40,000 nucleotides of DNA from Halobellus inordinatus (GTDB lineage Archaea > Halobacteriota > Halobacteria > Halobacteriales > Haloferacaceae). How positions within the stretch are numbered: position 1 is the stretch's first letter; each line of letters starts with the position of its first letter. Under the pieces are notes generated by a model. The model made no database searches. It was not told the origin of the DNA and worked only from the letters and a program-made list of their open reading frames with translations. The DNA lies in assembly GCF_024464655.1 (NCBI RefSeq), contig NZ_JANHAV010000003.1, forward strand, positions 234,875-274,874, read 5' to 3'. The position numbers and the translations under genes were made by a program. Of this stretch, positions 35,726-40,000 are shown piece after piece.

Positions 35726-36823
35726 CTACCGCGCCAGCGGCATCCCGTAGCTCGTCTCCTCGTCGACGACGTACTCCCAGGTGGCCTCGCACTCACAGGA
35801 GACCTGCGAGAACACCGCGGGGTCTTGCCGCTTGTCGAAGTCCTTGATCGCTTTCTGGACCCGGTCGTCGCACTCGCCGCAGTTGTGCGGGCCGCGGTCG
35901 GAGCCGTGGCCGACGGGGTCGGAGACGACGATGGCGTCGACGTCCGCGGTTGCTTCGAGGACCTCGGCGACCGACCAGAGCCACGGCGGGCGGTAGCCGC
36001 CGCGGAAGAACAGTTCGTCGACCATCGTGTACCGCTGGACGTTCGTGGGATTCATCGAGACGGTGTGACAGCCGTCGACGGCGGCGCATCGCTCGACCGA
36101 CGAGATCATATCGTCGATAGCCTCCGACTCCGAGAGGAACGGCGGCTTCATCAGCAGGTAGGCTTTCACGCCGGCGCTGACGCCGTCGGCGTCGATGTCG
36201 GCGTCGCGGGCCTCCGCGCAGGCGGCCTCGAAGTCCGCGAAGTCGAAGTACTTGTTCACGCAGTCGTGACGGACGCGGTCGGTCGCGGTCTCCAGTCCGA
36301 TCGCGACGTCGGTCGAGAGGCCCACGTCGGTGAACTCGGCGATCTTCTCTTTGTCGACGAAGTCCGGCAGCGACTCGACGACGATCCGCTCGCGGTCGGC
36401 GAACGTCTCGGCGATCGCCTGGCGACTCTCGGCGCCGACCTCGCGCTCGTCGAGGAACGACCCGGAGGTGTAAATCTTGATGAGGTCTGCAGGCTCGTCC
36501 GCATTTTCCGCTTCGTGTTCGAGACAGACGTCGATCTGATCCATCAGCGCCTCGTGGGAGACGCTGCCGCCCTCGACGGACTCGGCGACGTAGCCGCACA
36601 TCGTACAGCCGCCGGCGCGGGCCCACCGACAGCCGCCGGTGTTGAGGATGATCGTGAGCGAGTTGACGACCCCATCGGGCGTGTTGTCCTCGTCGAGCCA
36701 GACGCGCGTCGGCTCGTGAGGGTCGTAGTGTTTTTCTTTCTCCGACCGGATCTCTCGCATCACCTGATTGTGGGCGTCCATCCCCTTCCCGTGCTCGTAG
36801 ACCTCGGGGCTCGGCTGACTCAT
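35726..36823 (-). CDS. Archaeosine biosynthesis radical SAM protein RaSEA (TIGR01210-type)
   Basis: ORF 35726..36949. The ATG at complement of 36821-36823 gives MSQPSPEVYEHGKGMD…. The cluster region is LNTGGCRWARAGGCTMCGY, followed by …IKIYTSGSFLDEREV…, and the C-terminal Cys motif GPHNCGECD. Confidence 0.8.
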   Translation of the reverse strand: MSQPSPEVYEHGKGMDAHNQVMREIRSEKEKHYDPHEPTRVWLDEDNTPDGVVNSLTIILNTGGCRWARAGGCTMCGYVAESVEGGSVSHEALMDQIDVCLEHEAENADEPADLIKIYTSGSFLDEREVGAESRQAIAETFADRERIVVESLPDFVDKEKIAEFTDVGLSTDVAIGLETATDRVRHDCVNKYFDFADFEAACAEARDADIDADGVSAGVKAYLLMKPPFLSESEAIDDMISSVERCAAVDGCHTVSMNPTNVQRYTMVDELFFRGGYRPPWLWSVAEVLEATADVDAIVVSDPVGHGSDRGPHNCGECDDRVQKAIKDFDKRQDPAVFSQVSCECEATWEYVVDEETSYGMPLAR

Positions 36824-36911
36824 TGCGCGTCTGTAACCGACGAGTCGGTAAATCTCCGTCGTCTGTGCGCCGGACCGGTGGACGTGGAGATCCCGACGAG
36901 TGCTCCGTCGG

Positions 36912-36946
36912 CCACCACGTAACCACTTACGGTTACCCCGTGGTGG
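36912..36946. promoter_or_regulatory. 35-nt imperfect palindrome in the RaSEA/AOR divergent intergenic region (candidate operator)
   Basis: The sequence reads CCACCACGTAACC-ACTTAC-GGTTAC-CC-CGTGGTGG. It has an 8-bp outer arm (CCACCACG/CGTGGTGG) and an adjacent inner arm (GTAACC/GGTTAC, which shares G36919 with the outer arm) around a 6-nt centre. It lies ~47 nt upstream of the AOR ATG and just upstream of the ACATATTT TATA-like box (36956-36963). Confidence 0.4.
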
Positions 36947-36992
36947 CAACGACTAACATATTTCCGCCCCTATGAAACGATGGACATTAACA

Positions 36993-38930
36993 ATGACTGA
37001 TCTGGGAGGATTCAACGACCACGTCGCTCGCGTCGACCTCACGAGCGGCGACGTGCAGTACGAGGGAATCGACGACGAGGACGCGCGCAAGTACATCGGC
37101 GGGCGCGGCCTCGGCGTGAAGTACGTATTCGATCAGGGCGTCGACGTCGACCCCGAGGGACCGGAGAACCTGCTCGCGTTTATGAACGGCCCGCTGACGG
37201 GGACGCAAGCGCCGATGAGCGGACGCATCGCCGTCTGTACGAAGTCGCCGCTGACGGGGACAGTCACCGACTCTCATCAGGGCGGCTGGTCGGGCGCTCG
37301 ACTCAAGTGGTCCGGCTTCGACGGCCTGCTCTTCGAGGGCCAGGCCGACGAACCCGTCTACGCCTACGTCGAAGACGGCGAAGTCGAACTGCGTGACGCC
37401 TCGGAGCTGTGGGGACTGGGCGTCCACGACGCGATGGACAAGATCGAAGCGGAGCACGACGGCACGTTCGGCCGGAACCTCTCGGCGATGGCGATCGGCC
37501 CCGGCGGCGAGAACGGAACCAAGTACGCCTGCATCATCAACGAAGACGACCGCGCCTCCGGGCGCGGCGGCACCGGCTGTGTGATGGGCTCGAAGAACCT
37601 GAAAGCCGTCGTCATCAAATCCGGCACGAAGATGCCAAAGCCCGAAAAGCCGGAGACGTTCACCGAGGGCTACCAACAGGCGATGCAACTCATCCGCGAG
37701 TCCGACATCACCGCCCCCAACGAGGGCGGACTCTCGCTGTACGGGACGAACGTCCTGATGAACCTCACCGAGGAGATGGATGGGCTGCCGACCCGAAACG
37801 GGAAGTACACCTCGACGCACTCAGAAGCGGAAGCGGAGCCGGACGAACCCAACATCGAAGCCGAAAACGTCTCCGGTGAGAACGTCCGCGAGAACATCCT
37901 CGTCGACGAGCCGACGTGTCACTCCTGCCCCGTCGCCTGCAAGAAGGAGACGGAAGTCACCTACGAGCACAAGGGCGAGGAGATGAACGTCCGCGGCGAG
38001 TCCTACGAGTACGAGTCGGCGTTCGCGCTCGGCCCGAACTCGATGAACGACGACCGCGACAGCATCGCCGTGATGATCAACAGGTGCAACCAACTCGGCA
38101 TCGACACCATCGAGGCAGGGAATATGATGGCGATGGCGATGGAGATGACCGAGCAGGGCAAACTCGACGACCTCGACGAGGGGGTGGAGTGGGGCGACAC
38201 CGAGCGGATGATTGACTTACTCGACGAGATCGCCCACCAAGACACGGAACTCGGCAAACTCCTCGCGAAGGGCGCACGCCGCATTGCAGAGGAGCGCGAC
38301 GCCCACGACAACTCGCTGGCCGTCAAGGGGCAGACGATCCCCGCCTACGACCCCCGCGCGATGAAGGGGATGGGCATCGGCTATGCGACCTCGAACCGGG
38401 GCGCGTGTCACCTGCGCGGGTACACGCCGTCCGCGGAGATCCTGGGCTTCCCGGAGAAGGTCGATCCGACCGAGTGGGAGGGCAAAGGCGAACTCTGTGC
38501 GCTCTTCCAGGACCTCCACGCGATCTCGGACTCCTTCGACATCTGCAAGTTCAACGCCTTCGCGGAGGGTATCGACGAGTACGTGGCGCAGTACAACGGA
38601 ATGACCGGTCTCGACGTCACGGAAGACGAGCTGATGGAGACCGGCGACCGCATCTACACCCTCGAACGGTACTACAACAACCTCGTCGGCTTCGACGGCA
38701 AGGACGACGACCTGCCCGGCAGATTCGTCGAGGGCGAGGAAGCCATCCCCGGACAGGGCGGCTCCGAGGGACAGCTCTGTGAGCTCGATAAAATGAAAGA
38801 CGAGTACTACGAGCGCCGCAAGTGGGTCGACGGCGTCGTGCCCGACGAACGCCTCGACGAACTCGGCATCGACATCGGACCCGGAACCGGTGTCTCCAGT
38901 GGCGACAGCCAGGCACCCGCCGACGACTGA
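36993..38930 (+). CDS. Aldehyde:ferredoxin oxidoreductase family protein (tungsto-/molybdopterin, 4Fe-4S)
   Basis: ORF 36972..38930, with start MTDLGGF (36993) preferred. AOR motifs are …ARKYIGGRGLG…, …GRIAVCTKSPLTG…, …GRGGTGCVMGSKNLKAV…, EPTCHSCPVACKK, …RGACHLRGY…, …DSFDICKF…. The C-terminal extension ends …SQAPADD. Confidence 0.88.
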   Translation: MTDLGGFNDHVARVDLTSGDVQYEGIDDEDARKYIGGRGLGVKYVFDQGVDVDPEGPENLLAFMNGPLTGTQAPMSGRIAVCTKSPLTGTVTDSHQGGWSGARLKWSGFDGLLFEGQADEPVYAYVEDGEVELRDASELWGLGVHDAMDKIEAEHDGTFGRNLSAMAIGPGGENGTKYACIINEDDRASGRGGTGCVMGSKNLKAVVIKSGTKMPKPEKPETFTEGYQQAMQLIRESDITAPNEGGLSLYGTNVLMNLTEEMDGLPTRNGKYTSTHSEAEAEPDEPNIEAENVSGENVRENILVDEPTCHSCPVACKKETEVTYEHKGEEMNVRGESYEYESAFALGPNSMNDDRDSIAVMINRCNQLGIDTIEAGNMMAMAMEMTEQGKLDDLDEGVEWGDTERMIDLLDEIAHQDTELGKLLAKGARRIAEERDAHDNSLAVKGQTIPAYDPRAMKGMGIGYATSNRGACHLRGYTPSAEILGFPEKVDPTEWEGKGELCALFQDLHAISDSFDICKFNAFAEGIDEYVAQYNGMTGLDVTEDELMETGDRIYTLERYYNNLVGFDGKDDDLPGRFVEGEEAIPGQGGSEGQLCELDKMKDEYYERRKWVDGVVPDERLDELGIDIGPGTGVSSGDSQAPADD

Positions 38931-39173
38931 TCAAGCGGCGAGCGGTCTCGGACCGTACACAGGGTCAACACGGCAAAGTTGATTTTAGTGCGGTCCTGAC
39001 GCCGAACTGCGTCCGCCGTCGCAGCGCAGTCGAGCGCCCACGCGGCGTCGCTCGGGGAAACCCGACGCGAGCGGGCGGGGTCGAACCACGCGAACCCGCG
39101 TTTTCACGGGAGATACGAGCGTCAGGAGCGACGCCGCCGCGCGGGCGGCGAACTGGACGCTGTTGGTGACCGA

Positions 39174-40000
39174 CTAGTCGTCGCGTTCGACCCTATCGAG
39201 CGCCACGAGCACGCCGCTCGCGTTCAGACGCTCCTCGGCGCTCGCCTTCTGCTCGCCCCAGACTTCGACCAGCTCCGAGTGGTTGGCGAAGAAGTCGATC
39301 ACGGCCTCGTCGTCGTCGAGTTCGGCGCGCTTCTGCCGGACCGCTTCGACCCACTCGACGAGCGCGCGCTTGTACTGTTCCATCAGGGCGGCGTCGTACT
39401 CCCGTGCGCCGAAGTGCCCGAAGCAAAGCGTCTCGGGTTCGAGGTCCTCGATCTTCCGGACGTCCGCCAGGCTCTGTTCCAGGTCGAACTGCGGCGGCGG
39501 CGACGTCTGTCGGACGACGTCGCGTTCGGGGACGTAGATCCCGGCGGCGTCGCCGGTGAAGAGCAGGCCGTCCTTCGAATCGAGGAAGATCGTCTGGTGC
39601 GGGGCGTGGCCGGGCGCGTGGATCACCGAGAGTGTGCGGTCGCCGAGGTCGATCTCGTCGCCGTCGACGAGCGGGTCGATCTGCGATTCGGGAACCGGCA
39701 CGGGCTCGGCGTAGTACTCCCAGAGGTCGCCGACGGCGTCTTTCGTGCCCGCGACGAGGCGCTCGGGGTCGACGAGGTGCGGCGCGCCGATCTCGTGGGT
39801 GCGGACCGTCGCGTTCGGACACGCCTCGGCGAGGTAGCCCGCGCCGCCGGCGTGATCCAGGTGCGCGTGCGTCGGGAGGATGTGCCGCACGTCCTCGCGC
39901 GCGATGTCGAGTTCGTCGAGCGCGTCGAGGAGGTACTCGCGGTTGCGGCCGAGGCCCGTGTCGACGAACGTCGGTTCCGCGGCGTCGATGATGTACACCG
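39174..40000 (-). CDS. MBL-fold metallo-hydrolase, N-terminus beyond the right edge
   Basis: The ORF is open to the window edge, and the track 'start' at 39998 is a GTG. It has the metallo-beta-lactamase motif PTHAHLDHAGGAG and later HAPGH and …FTGDAAG…HFG. Confidence 0.8.
   Translation of the reverse strand, partial: VYIIDAAEPTFVDTGLGRNREYLLDALDELDIAREDVRHILPTHAHLDHAGGAGYLAEACPNATVRTHEIGAPHLVDPERLVAGTKDAVGDLWEYYAEPVPVPESQIDPLVDGDEIDLGDRTLSVIHAPGHAPHQTIFLDSKDGLLFTGDAAGIYVPERDVVRQTSPPPQFDLEQSLADVRKIEDLEPETLCFGHFGAREYDAALMEQYKRALVEWVEAVRQKRAELDDDEAVIDFFANHSELVEVWGEQKASAEERLNASGVLVALDRVERDD

Noticed and set aside
39070-39100. tRNA-like fragment (GGGGTCGAACC…CCCGC), a possible tRNA pseudogene or att remnant.
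   Set aside because: There is no complete T-arm (the stem does not close around a 7-nt TTCGAAT-type loop), no acceptor or anticodon arms, and no similarity to the tRNA-Ile 3' end.

Overview
The window is GC-rich (about two-thirds G+C by eye) and encodes strongly acidic proteins, so it looks like core chromosome of a haloarchaeon (class Halobacteria). I found about 42 supportable CDS and one tRNA-Ile(GAU). I found no rRNA, CRISPR array, transposase, integrase or recognisable defence genes. Content from left to right: the 5' end of a second PstS-like gene; SOUL, HalOD1 and FxsA proteins; a thioredoxin-domain protein; TrmB; a FolE2/MptA GTP cyclohydrolase; an FAD oxidoreductase; NAD kinase; a KaiC-like ATPase with a long acidic tail; a complete pstSCAB-phoU operon facing a divergent AbrB-PhoU regulator across an AT-rich control region; rps8e; a TrkA-like gene flanked by two stand-alone RAM-domain genes; tmk; two inverted CetZ paralogues bracketing F420 genes (cofC, cofG, cofH); purine genes (purC, purU, purS, purQ); tspO; archaeosine RaSEA; an aldehyde:ferredoxin oxidoreductase; and a partial MBL hydrolase. 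I do not see an obvious novel multi-gene system, and this looks like an ordinary housekeeping region. The observations most worth a second look are: (1) a 56-nt tandem duplication of the purQ SD and GTG start that creates an overlapping uORF; (2) a 93-nt perfectly identical inverted tract inside the two cetZ paralogues; (3) three unrelated enzymes that all end in P-A-D-D; (4) a hairpin-rich candidate sRNA or leader next to rps8e; (5) each cetZ is followed by a membrane-protein gene; (6) the TrkA/RAM-domain module. All functional readings are inference from sequence, since no searches or folding programs were run.
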